Source: a virus
Lineage: Duplodnaviria; Caudoviricetes
Virus record (IMG/VR): IMGVR_UViG_3300005512_000028
Location: 1-63,452 of that record
DNA: 63,452 bases
Strand: one strand, 5' to 3'
Part shown: in pieces, positions 1 through 8,566 of the stretch
Numbering within the stretch: the stretch's first letter is position 1
How the letters are laid out: each line of letters opens with the position of its first letter
Translations under genes and position numbers: made by a program
The notes under the pieces: generated by a model
What the model saw: only the letters and a program-made list of their open reading frames with translations
Told to the model about the DNA's origin: nothing
The model's database searches: none

Positions 1-123
1 CTTGAGTCCGTACTTGGCGGCGACTGCACCAGAGCCTGTCCATCTGCCGTTCTTGTCACGGGGCTGGTGCGGACTGTAGTTGAGAACAGCGTACGCAGCC
101 TCGGCCGAGTCCATCGCCTTGGC
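1..123. repeat. Terminal direct repeat (same as 63330-63452); circular assembly overlap
   Basis: The first 123 nt are identical to the last 123 nt, and an ORF reads in frame across the join. Confidence 0.95.
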
Positions 124-2058
124 GATTCTCGCCATTCCCTCACGGTCGTCTTCCTCGCACGCACGGTGGTACTCCATCTCCAGTGCGTCGAGCTCGAATC
201 CGACCCGCTCGCTCAGTGCGGTCAGCTCCTTGCCCTTCCATCGGCTCGCTGCCTTCGCTGCACGCACCGTCTTGGTCTTGGGCTTCTCCCGCCGCATCGA
301 CTTGCGCACGGCGGTCATCGCCTTCCGACCACGCAGATGGCCTGCAGGATCCTCTCCGACGCTGGCCGGTATCCACGCGCATCTGCAGTTCGGGTGACGG
401 GGAATCAGGCCGCGTGCCTTGGCCACTGGCATGACTACGCCGTCGAGGGGCCTGCAGATCGGGCAGACCCGTTCGTCCTGCGCCGTGCTCCACTCGGCCA
501 TCATACCTACTTGCTCGACGCCCAGGTCCTCGAACGAATCGAGCTGGCCTTCTGCGTGCGCATGGATGATCTCCGTGCGCGCGAGCACGCGTGCGCGAGT
601 GCGATTGATACCCCTGATCTCTTTGTTGATCTGCCGTGCGATCTTGGCGGGGCCGTCTCCGTCCGCTATACCCTGTGCTAGAACGCGGCCTAGCTTCTGA
701 GACATGGCGTGTGAGATGCCATCGAGCTCCTCGAAGTTCCGTGTGGTGAGCAGCTTCAGTTTGCTGACGCGCTCGGGCTGGAGGAACGACGACCGGAGGA
801 ACTGCTCCTTCGATCCCCTCCAGTACTCTGCAGTCTGGCCTAGCTCTGGATGCGCGTCCGTGTACGCACGCATCGCGCCCTTGCGGTATGCGCTGTCGAC
901 GTACTTCGCCAACCACGGCTTGCCTTGGGAGTCCACGGTAAGGAGCTGCGCCTCGGTTTCCTTGCGAAACCATCGCTTGAACGCGAGGAGCTTCTGGTCG
1001 TCCGTGGCGAACTCGTATGCCCGCTCGCCTAGCTTATGAACGACCGCGTGCTCTGTAGCTGCATGGGCCAGACTGTGGTGTGCCGCCTTCGTCAGTTCGT
1101 CGTCGGCGGCGTTGAATGTTGGGCTGTAGTTGGCGGTGGGTCCGCCAACAACATCAAATGTGAACAGCGTGACGTCCGGAGAGCTCCATGTGTACTTACC
1201 GCCGGGACCGGGCTTCGCACTGGGTACTTTAACAGTCGGGTGTGTGATCCTCTCGACCCCCACTAATCGCATCCGAGTTCCCCTCGCCACCAGCATTTCG
1301 CCGCCTTCTGATAGCCTCCCACCTCTCTTGTGGATGGCGTCCATCCTTTTCTGGCCCTTCCGTGCTGCTTGTACAGTCACCGCCTTTTTCCGACCTCGTA
1401 TAACCATCATATTCCCGCTGGTTATAAATGTAGACGGCTGGATGGACGTGCTCATAAACGCACGCTCGGTCACCTCTGTTCCTATAAGCGCGCGTGCATC
1501 TTCAAGCTTTGATGGGAATTGCATACCGCCTACCCCCGCCGCGCCTCTGTATATATCGAAGTCGACCTCACTCCCTGCTCCAACAGCGGCGTCTAATCCC
1601 GATATAGCGGCTTGTACTTTGGGAGATGGCTCCTCTCCTTCCCGAAGGACACGGCCCACTTCATGGTACTCTTTGTGGGAGCCGAACCGCTCGTACTTCT
1701 GAAGAGCTTCTTTCGCCCCGGGTGTCTGTGCAATCGATTCTGCGTGCTTATCATACATCTCGTCCTCGATGACTTTACCCTCCTCCTCTGTGCGCCATTT
1801 ATGAGGAGAGGCGTCATCGCCACCACCACCGCCGCCTCCTCCACCCGATGTCCATCTGCCATCCTTGTCTCGCGGTTGATGCGGATTGTAGTTGAACACA
1901 CCAAGCGGCCTGTCCTTGAGGCCCAGTACGTCCTGCTGCACCAGCGCATAGAGAACCGCAGATCGCAATCGGAGGAAGCGCTTGTTCATCTCGGCCACGA
2001 ATCGACGCCGCAGCATCGTCGTGCGGCTCGGGTCGATCTTGAGTGGATTCGTGGCCAT
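1..2058 (-). CDS. MuF/SPP1 gp7-like head morphogenesis polyprotein, 5' part: N-helix, inserted ADP-ribosyltransferase, MuF core. Continues across the origin into topoisomerase IB (971 aa total)
   Basis: Manual translation shows no stop from the ATG at 2058 (TAATG overlap with the upstream gene) to base 1. Reads MATNPLKIDPSRTTMLRRRF...; ART motifs IYRG/FMSTS/SEGGEML; MuF motifs RARVLARTE, WSTAQDERVCPIC, IPRHPNCRC. Absent from the ORF track because it runs off the window edge. Confidence 0.9.
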   Translation of the reverse strand, partial: MATNPLKIDPSRTTMLRRRFVAEMNKRFLRLRSAVLYALVQQDVLGLKDRPLGVFNYNPHQPRDKDGRWTSGGGGGGGGGDDASPHKWRTEEEGKVIEDEMYDKHAESIAQTPGAKEALQKYERFGSHKEYHEVGRVLREGEEPSPKVQAAISGLDAAVGAGSEVDFDIYRGAAGVGGMQFPSKLEDARALIGTEVTERAFMSTSIQPSTFITSGNMMVIRGRKKAVTVQAARKGQKRMDAIHKRGGRLSEGGEMLVARGTRMRLVGVERITHPTVKVPSAKPGPGGKYTWSSPDVTLFTFDVVGGPTANYSPTFNAADDELTKAAHHSLAHAATEHAVVHKLGERAYEFATDDQKLLAFKRWFRKETEAQLLTVDSQGKPWLAKYVDSAYRKGAMRAYTDAHPELGQTAEYWRGSKEQFLRSSFLQPERVSKLKLLTTRNFEELDGISHAMSQKLGRVLAQGIADGDGPAKIARQINKEIRGINRTRARVLARTEIIHAHAEGQLDSFEDLGVEQVGMMAEWSTAQDERVCPICRPLDGVVMPVAKARGLIPRHPNCRCAWIPASVGEDPAGHLRGRKAMTAVRKSMRREKPKTKTVRAAKAASRWKGKELTALSERVGFELDALEMEYHRACEEDDREGMARIAKAMDSAEAAYAVLNYSPHQPRDKNGRWTGSGAVAAKYGLK

Positions 2059-2327
2059 TACCGGCGTCTCCGTGCCCTCGCCTGTTCATGCAGACATAGC
2101 TGTTCCTTGGCTTGCCTCTCCGCGGCGTCACTCAGCAGTCGCTCGTCGCTCTCGTTCGGAATACGGAGGCTGCCGCCATGCCACATCTCCTGCTGTCCGT
2201 GGCAGACCGACGTCAGCGACTGTATCATCTTGCACGACCACCAATTGCCAATGCCTCTCTCAGTAACACGCATCTGGCCAGTCGGGGTCATTACAATCAT
2301 CCCGATCTTGATCTCGTCTCGCTGCAT
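2058..2327 (-). CDS. Hypothetical protein
   Basis: 89 aa ORF with GGAGG RBS; its stop overlaps the MuF start. Confidence 0.6.
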   Translation of the reverse strand: MQRDEIKIGMIVMTPTGQMRVTERGIGNWWSCKMIQSLTSVCHGQQEMWHGGSLRIPNESDERLLSDAAERQAKEQLCLHEQARARRRR

Positions 2328-2517
2328 AGGGACCTCCCTGTGCTTTCAATGAGACTGCACTTCGGATTACCCGTAGCCAATGCATCACCAGCAGCACCCA
2401 CCGAGCCCATGGCCTAACGGTAACGTACACATGGACGGTCGGCTTGCCCGTTGTGGCGTCGCACACGGGGCCTCGCAACTCAAAGGTCTTGGCCCACCAT
2501 GGTTTTCTCGCTCGCAT
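2260..2517 (-). CDS. Hypothetical protein
   Basis: 85 aa ORF filling the operon gap; overlaps the next gene. Confidence 0.4.
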   Translation of the reverse strand: MRARKPWWAKTFELRGPVCDATTGKPTVHVYVTVRPWARWVLLVMHWLRVIRSAVSLKAQGGPYAARRDQDRDDCNDPDWPDACY

Positions 2518-2523
2518 AGGATA

Positions 2524-2784
2524 CTACGCCTCTGCCTGTGCGTCCTGTTCCTGCATCCGGCGGAACATGGCCGTGTCCTCAAACGACTTGGCCTTCTCGA
2601 ACTGGATGCCGTTGTCGCCCGTGAACGGTGACGTATGGTCGTTGTCACCATAGGCGATCTCGTCGGGGATGCCTTCGGGGAATGCCTCGCACGCGACGCA
2701 CTCGGTCATCTCCGTGCCGTCGGGCTGGATGATACCCAGGTAGTGCTTACACTTCCGCTTGCTGCAGTTCGGCTGCAGTAACAT
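2524..2784 (-). CDS. Small Cys/His-rich protein (CxAFPxGIP...H...GDNGIQF); candidate partner of the upstream zincin domain
   Basis: 86 aa, GGAG RBS, starts directly after the portal stop. Confidence 0.75.
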   Translation of the reverse strand: MLLQPNCSKRKCKHYLGIIQPDGTEMTECVACEAFPEGIPDEIAYGDNDHTSPFTGDNGIQFEKAKSFEDTAMFRRMQEQDAQAEA

Positions 2785-2794
2785 CGCTTGTCTC

Positions 2795-5700
2795 CTATTG
2801 CTTGGATGGGAACTGCTTGCTCATGAAGGTTTCAATGCCAGCGGGCAACGAGCCCGCCTGATAACGCTTGCACGTCCACGCGCTAAAACACTCGGCAAAA
2901 GCCTCTTCTCGGTTTGTCCCGGCGTACTCGGAAACGTGCTTGGACATCTGTCCGAGACCACCTGACCTTGAAACGGCCGATCTCCACTGGGGCGTGTCGG
3001 TAAGGTAATGACCTCCGTGCATATGGGCGTGATGTGCATCTACAGCGTGAGCAAGCTCGTGACGGTATATACCCTGCGTCGACCCGCCTACCACAAACGA
3101 CCCCCCGCCCACATGCACGATATTAGGTCGTCCTGTACCACCAGATCCAATTGTAATGCTATGGTCTAATGGATCATAAAACCCAGCCGCCTTTACATCC
3201 GACCGCGAACGCAATGAGGAGTTCGTCTTTGTTAGCGTAGGCGTGTCTTGGTAATTGATACGAGCTAGCCCCGCGCCGTCGATGCCATCGAATCGGCTCA
3301 CTATGTCTGCATGCTCGTCCGATATGTGATCAAGCTGCCGAGCAACCTCCCGCTCGCGGCTGGCCTTCAATCCAACTTCACTCACACAGTCTGCGCCTGT
3401 GTCGACCTCGTCACCGTACTTGTTGCGGACAGACACATGGCAGCCCTGCTCTTCCTCCAGCCTGTCTCTCGCCTTCTGTGTTTTGGTCTGCTTAGGTGCG
3501 GCTCCTGTGTCTGCGGGGCCGTCCGTCCACGACGACGTCTTCCCGGCATCTGGCTTGTTCGCCGCATCGTCCGTCTTCTTGCCGCCACCGGCTTTCTTCC
3601 CGTGGAACTCTGGATGCTCCTGCTTGCTCTTGTTCAGGGCGTCCGTGGCCCGATTGTACTCCTCGGTCCGCTTGGCCTTCTCCTCGTCGGAGAGTCCCTT
3701 CTGCCTCATCCGTGTGTAGGCGCGCTGCCTGTCCTTATAGAGCTGCTTGACGTCGTCCGGCGCTCCCTCTGGAGGTAGCTGCAGCGCGCGCTGTTCGCCA
3801 CCGCCGCCGCCTCCACCTCCAGCGCCGCCGCTGCTCCAACGGCCGTCCTTGCCTCGCGGCTGATGCGGATTGTAGTTGGCTGTCACGCCCTCGTTCTGAA
3901 CGTCGTCGTCCTTCTGGTCATCGAACGGGGCAAGGAACACCACAACATAGAACGTGGCGAACTCGCCGTCGACGTTTCGCACGAACGTAGTCTGCCATCC
4001 GTCCCAGTGGTCATAGACCTTGACGGACTTCACCCAAGACGCGGGAATCTTTCCCTTATGGTAGAAGGCAGTGCCCTTGCCGTACGCCTTCGTTTCGGGC
4101 CCCGCGTCCGCAAAGAGCGCCTTCCCCTTCGGCACCTGAATCTCGACGATGGCGGGCTCGCCGCCGCGACCTCTCACTACAGAGGTGTCTCTGGCGTACT
4201 GGTCGGCCACGGACTTCTTCGAGCTGACATAGACCTTCCCCTTCTGGCCTCCGTCATACACCTTGGGGTCGTAGTTGCGGAACTTGGCCGGGGTGATCCC
4301 GTGCTTGGCTATGTCATTGGCGCGCTTCTCGGTCGTGCCGTGGAAGAACCGACCGCCTGCAGTCCGCTTACCGTCCTTGCCTCGTGGCTGCTTAGGATTG
4401 TAGTTGGCAACAGCGCCGTCAAAAGGGCGCTCACCTTCGTTCTGGACGCCGTCGCCCTTCGGCTTGTCGTCCTTCGGCTTGTCGTCGTCCGGTCCGTCTC
4501 CACCCTCGTCGTCCTCGTCCGACGCTGTCTCGGCCGCGTACTTCTCGGCCTCCTTGATCACGGCCTCGGCCCGATCGGGCTCCATACCCAAGACGTCGAT
4601 GAAGTACAGGGACGGAGGGTACAACTGGTCAACGCCACCGCCAACGTACTTCGCCATGGCCTCCGTCTGCTTTTGGGCCACGGCTGCCTTTTCCTCGTCG
4701 GTGACGGAGTTGAGATCTGGCCACTCGACGGTGTACTCCTTCGGCTCGGGCAGAGCGCCAACTGCAATCAACCGGTCGACGAGCGGCCTGATCAGCATGG
4801 GCGTCAGGTACTTATTCTGCCGCTTGGCCACCCGCTTGTTCCACGCCCGTGCGTCCTGAGAGGACGCGAGCTGTGCCTGCTCGGACCCAAACAGAATCCT
4901 GAACGGTATGCTCTTGGCGATTGCAATCGCCTTGAGGTGCGTGTCGACATGGGTATTGGGTGCGGATACCTGCGGGGACAGTGGCTTGGCGGTTACGCCC
5001 GTCAGCGCCAAGTACCGCTGCAGGCCGTTCGAGTAGTTGAGGAACTCCTCGCGGAGGGTATCGGCGTCAATCGTCGCCCCCTGGTTGACCAGATCGGGAT
5101 TGACCTCAAACGCCATGCCCGGGAATCCGCCGCGCCAGAACATCTCGCCAGAGCCACTGAGAATCTTGCGGAGATCGTACAGGCGGTTATAGACGTCCTT
5201 CATCCGTGGCGTGCCGTAGACCTCCGACATACCAAGGCCATCGGCAACGTGGATCACCCGTGTCCAGTGCACTCGCCGCGTGGTTTGGGACGCATTGACG
5301 TCGCCGGAAACGGCAGACCCGTCTTGGAATTGGATGTTGTACGAGATGGGTCGTCCGTAGCGGGGGCTGTCCGTGCTGGTCTCTGTACCCGCGACGGTCA
5401 CTACGCTCTCGTCGAAGACGCGCATGAAGATCAGGTCCGCGGTGGCCTTCCCCTCCTTCTCGCCTGTCTTCTGGTTCACTCCATTCGCGGGCTTCGACAA
5501 ATCCTCGCCGTCGTCCAGTCCGAGCAGCAGTACACCAAACCGGCCGATGCCCGAAAGCTCGTCGATGCGATGGAGGTAATACCAGAGATTCTTGGCGTCA
5601 TTGAGATCGCCAAGCGCGTCCTCAAACGCGGTCCTAGATGCGTCCTCCGTCTCAAAGACGATCGGGTCCATCGACCATGACTCTTCGGGCATGCATCCGA

Positions 5701-5968
5701 CCACGCGTTTGGCGATGCCTTCGCGGTCATACATCTCTCTGTAGAGATGCGCCGTGATGTCATCGGGGTAGCCGCACTCCGCATTGAAGTCGCGGTCGGT
5801 GCCATCGAGAAGAGTCCGCAGCAACTCGGACCGTGCCAACGACGCGTTCTGGATCAGCTCGCGGACCTGCGTCATCGCCTTCATCTGGTTGGCCGTGATG
5901 TCGGGGCCCTTCTTGGCCTGCGTGCGTTTCGCACGGACAGTCCGCTTGCCTGTTGATGCCTTAGCCAT
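2795..5968 (-). CDS. Portal protein (DUF1073-like) with two C-terminal tagged cargo domains: Tpt1/KptA-like ART fold and HExxH zincin
   Basis: Follows TerL; portal motifs (YDREGIAKRVV, RVHWTRVIH, IPFRILFG, VEWPDL) in about the first 480 aa, then FFHGTT...VYVS and YRHELAH...SEYAGTNREEAFAE. Confidence 0.9.
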   Translation of the reverse strand: MAKASTGKRTVRAKRTQAKKGPDITANQMKAMTQVRELIQNASLARSELLRTLLDGTDRDFNAECGYPDDITAHLYREMYDREGIAKRVVGCMPEESWSMDPIVFETEDASRTAFEDALGDLNDAKNLWYYLHRIDELSGIGRFGVLLLGLDDGEDLSKPANGVNQKTGEKEGKATADLIFMRVFDESVVTVAGTETSTDSPRYGRPISYNIQFQDGSAVSGDVNASQTTRRVHWTRVIHVADGLGMSEVYGTPRMKDVYNRLYDLRKILSGSGEMFWRGGFPGMAFEVNPDLVNQGATIDADTLREEFLNYSNGLQRYLALTGVTAKPLSPQVSAPNTHVDTHLKAIAIAKSIPFRILFGSEQAQLASSQDARAWNKRVAKRQNKYLTPMLIRPLVDRLIAVGALPEPKEYTVEWPDLNSVTDEEKAAVAQKQTEAMAKYVGGGVDQLYPPSLYFIDVLGMEPDRAEAVIKEAEKYAAETASDEDDEGGDGPDDDKPKDDKPKGDGVQNEGERPFDGAVANYNPKQPRGKDGKRTAGGRFFHGTTEKRANDIAKHGITPAKFRNYDPKVYDGGQKGKVYVSSKKSVADQYARDTSVVRGRGGEPAIVEIQVPKGKALFADAGPETKAYGKGTAFYHKGKIPASWVKSVKVYDHWDGWQTTFVRNVDGEFATFYVVVFLAPFDDQKDDDVQNEGVTANYNPHQPRGKDGRWSSGGAGGGGGGGGEQRALQLPPEGAPDDVKQLYKDRQRAYTRMRQKGLSDEEKAKRTEEYNRATDALNKSKQEHPEFHGKKAGGGKKTDDAANKPDAGKTSSWTDGPADTGAAPKQTKTQKARDRLEEEQGCHVSVRNKYGDEVDTGADCVSEVGLKASREREVARQLDHISDEHADIVSRFDGIDGAGLARINYQDTPTLTKTNSSLRSRSDVKAAGFYDPLDHSITIGSGGTGRPNIVHVGGGSFVVGGSTQGIYRHELAHAVDAHHAHMHGGHYLTDTPQWRSAVSRSGGLGQMSKHVSEYAGTNREEAFAECFSAWTCKRYQAGSLPAGIETFMSKQFPSKQ

Positions 5969-6014
5969 AGGGCTAATCCTTTCGGTCGGGGTCTTTACCC
6001 GGTCGACCCGGCGG

Positions 6015-6368
6015 CTACTTCTGGTTCAGGTACTTCACAATGTCGAATATGGGTGCGTGCTCCACGGACCCCTTGCCCATCGAACGGTCCCGGTCCCACA
6101 GCTTAACGATCTCGTCGTCCGAGTACCCCTTGTCTCGGAGGTACTTGTGATCGCTCTCACTGTAGTTGGGGTGGGCCATGACCTGCTGGGAGGTCTTGCG
6201 CGACGCCCCACCACCACCGCCACCTCCGCCGCCTCCACCGGTCGACGCGAAACGACCGCGCTTGTCACGGGGCTGCTTGGCGCTGAAGTTCATCACCGGC
6301 AACTCGAGCGGTGTCTCGTCAACGGGGACGCCGTCGTCGATCACGTTCACAATCATGCCCGTTTTCAT
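6015..6368 (-). CDS. Small tagged cargo protein (VMN|FSAKQPRDKRGRF, poly-Gly, unknown helical domain)
   Basis: 117 aa, AGGAG RBS; shares its leader with 6390-6887. Confidence 0.8.
   Translation of the reverse strand: MKTGMIVNVIDDGVPVDETPLELPVMNFSAKQPRDKRGRFASTGGGGGGGGGGGASRKTSQQVMAHPNYSESDHKYLRDKGYSDDEIVKLWDRDRSMGKGSVEHAPIFDIVKYLNQK
6202..6320. repeat. About 120-bp near-identical repeat, copy 1 (encodes DETPLELPVMNFSAKQPRDKRGRFASTG-polyG)
   Basis: Matches 6727-6848 with a few synonymous changes and one Gly codon fewer. Confidence 0.9.
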
Positions 6369-6389
6369 CTGTACTCTCCTACACTATCA

Positions 6390-6887
6390 CTAGTCGAATC
6401 GGATACGATCTCGGATGCTGATGACGTGGTCGGTCATGCTGCTCGACTTCAGCGTGGCCGTGCGTCCCTTCTTCGTCCACGTCTTGTTGGGGTGTCCCAT
6501 GTGGAGTGCGCCCGGCGGGGAGGTATCCGCCTTACCCCACTTGGCGCTGATAGCCCTCTCCACGCGTGCCCTCTTGCCACTCACCGCGAAGTGAGCTTCG
6601 CCCATCGCGGCAGAGTACGAGAGCTGGCCGACCTCCAGTTTGTTAGACGCGAGGCCCTTTCGCAAAGTAGATGCGTCGTTGAGGGGCGTCCGCTTGCTCT
6701 CCGCGTCGGCAGAGCCCGCTGCGGATGACGCCCCACCGCCGCCGCCTCCACCTCCGCCGCCTCCACCGGTCGACGCGAAGCGACCGCGCTTGTCACGGGG
6801 CTGCTTGGCACTGAAGTTCATCACCGGCAACTCGAGCGGCGTCTCGTCGCTGGGCCGCGTGTCTGCGTTGACCAGAAACCCATGCAT
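6390..6887 (-). CDS. Small tagged cargo protein (same leader, different C-terminal domain)
   Basis: 165 aa, starts immediately after the TerL stop. Confidence 0.8.
   Translation of the reverse strand: MHGFLVNADTRPSDETPLELPVMNFSAKQPRDKRGRFASTGGGGGGGGGGGGASSAAGSADAESKRTPLNDASTLRKGLASNKLEVGQLSYSAAMGEAHFAVSGKRARVERAISAKWGKADTSPPGALHMGHPNKTWTKKGRTATLKSSSMTDHVISIRDRIRFD
6727..6848. repeat. About 120-bp repeat, copy 2
   Basis: Matches 6202-6320. Confidence 0.9.
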
Positions 6888-6888
6888 G

Positions 6889-8352
6889 TCATCGTCCTTT
6901 CGTTACCGCCAACCCACCTACCCGTATGTTCGGCTTAGTCAGCAGCGCAAACGCGCCACTGGACGCATCCACTTGGTCTTTATACGTCGAGTGAGGGAAG
7001 TACTGCAACTCCGATATATAGTCATTATTCCACGGACCCTCGAGCAAGGCGACGTTGCCGCTGTTGACCTGCACTGCATACGGGTCGGCCCGGAGGACCT
7101 TGTTGCCAACGGGCCTGTCGATGCGAACACGAAAGCCACGCAGATTCTTCGCGGTGTTCTCGGCGCTCTCCTTACCACCAGAGCCCGGCTCCTGCTCGAC
7201 GCCAATGATCACATCGATACCATCGGACTTGGCCGTGTCGAGGATAATGATCTCGCGCTGGCTCGCGTCCCACTGGCCTCTCCGTACGTCACTGACCACG
7301 ATTCGGCCGCTCTTCTCGAGGTCCAATCGAGCGCCCACCGTGTACGCCCCTCCGTCCGCAGTGCCCGCCTTGTCCCAGTAGCGGACCGAGCGGACGATCT
7401 TCGTAACAGTAGGCACCGTGCGTACGAGGGCCACCTTGAACATCCCGCCGCCGAGGGGCACGGGCGATTGGAGGAACTGGCCTGCGTATCCGTACTCGCC
7501 CATCCGCGCTCGCATGGCCTCGAGCATCTGCTTTGGCAGGCGTACGGGGTCCATCAAGCCGTCGGTGTACTTCCGATAGAGGCGTCGTGGACGGACGCGG
7601 CTGCGGTCGGCGCGGTCGACCTCGGCGGGCAAGCAAATGTGACGGACGCTGGCTTTGCCCTCCTTGGCCATCCGTAGCATCACGCCGGAAGGGTCCTCTT
7701 GGTGCAGTCGCTGCATGATCAGAATCGTCTGGGCCACGACCTTGTCGACCTTTCGCGTTGGGAGCGTCTCCGCGAGCCAGCGATTCGCCGCCTTCATCTC
7801 GGCCTCGCTAACGGCCTGGTTGGGGTCGAGCGGGTCGTCGACGATAATGAAGTGGCCGTGCATGCCTGTCACGCTACCGCCGGTCGACACGGCCACGCGC
7901 GATCCTCCTCGCGTGTTGGCGAAGTAGCCCTTCGTGTTCTGGTCGTCGCGGAGGCCTACGTCACCGAAGAGGCGTCGGTACTTATCGCTCTGGATGATGT
8001 CGCGGCACTTTCGGGAGAGGTCCATCGCAAGCGGATAGGCGTACGATCCGCAGATGCTCCTGCACGTGGCCATTCGCGTCCACGTCCACGCGGGGAACAT
8101 CACCGAGCAGACCGTGCTCTTGGTCGTGCCGGGACTGATGTTGATGACGAGTTCGTACGGAGACGGCAGGCCTGCAAACACGCGCTCGGCGGTAGCCTGT
8201 AGCTCGTCGCAGAGGACACGGATGTGCCAGTTCCAGACGGGGGTTTCGGGGATCACCGTGTCCCAAAACCGCTGGACGAACTCATAGAACGAGTCGCGGC
8301 AGATCGACGCCTCGAGCTGGTCCCTGCTCACCGTGGCCCGCTTAGCCCTCAT
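6889..8352 (-). CDS. terL: Terminase large subunit
   Basis: Walker A-like ISPGTTKST, Walker B IIVDD, MQRLH, nuclease YWDKAG and KDQVDA. Confidence 0.95.
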   Translation of the reverse strand: MRAKRATVSRDQLEASICRDSFYEFVQRFWDTVIPETPVWNWHIRVLCDELQATAERVFAGLPSPYELVINISPGTTKSTVCSVMFPAWTWTRMATCRSICGSYAYPLAMDLSRKCRDIIQSDKYRRLFGDVGLRDDQNTKGYFANTRGGSRVAVSTGGSVTGMHGHFIIVDDPLDPNQAVSEAEMKAANRWLAETLPTRKVDKVVAQTILIMQRLHQEDPSGVMLRMAKEGKASVRHICLPAEVDRADRSRVRPRRLYRKYTDGLMDPVRLPKQMLEAMRARMGEYGYAGQFLQSPVPLGGGMFKVALVRTVPTVTKIVRSVRYWDKAGTADGGAYTVGARLDLEKSGRIVVSDVRRGQWDASQREIIILDTAKSDGIDVIIGVEQEPGSGGKESAENTAKNLRGFRVRIDRPVGNKVLRADPYAVQVNSGNVALLEGPWNNDYISELQYFPHSTYKDQVDASSGAFALLTKPNIRVGGLAVTKGR

Positions 8353-8566
8353 CCGGTTTGGCCTCGTCGTCGTCGACCGTGCGCATCGCCGCCTCCTGCA
8401 GGAGGGAGAGCAACGCGTCGTCGGTGTCGGTAGGAATCATGTCGACGTACATAACCACCTGCCCATCCATGGGAACGTCGATAATCACGCGTCGCGTGCC
8501 GCGGGGAACAACCCCCGCCTCGTACATCCGATGGAGCAAATCCAATCCTTCAGGCTGCGTCGCCAT
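8342..8566 (-). CDS. Hypothetical protein
   Basis: 74 aa ORF overlapping both terS and terL. Confidence 0.6.
   Translation of the reverse strand: MATQPEGLDLLHRMYEAGVVPRGTRRVIIDVPMDGQVVMYVDMIPTDTDDALLSLLQEAAMRTVDDDEAKPDEG

Noticed and set aside
140-973. 277-aa minus-strand ORF in the track
   Set aside because: Wrong frame; the MuF motifs lie in the other minus frame, which is open from 2058 through the origin
1129-1890. Intein (insert ending in Asn)
   Set aside because: No Cys/Ser start, Hint blocks or Cys/Ser/Thr at +1; the insert is an ART domain
40-6848. CRISPR array or DGR from the dispersed tag repeats
   Set aside because: Repeats are in-frame coding, irregularly spaced and vary mostly synonymously; no cas or reverse transcriptase gene
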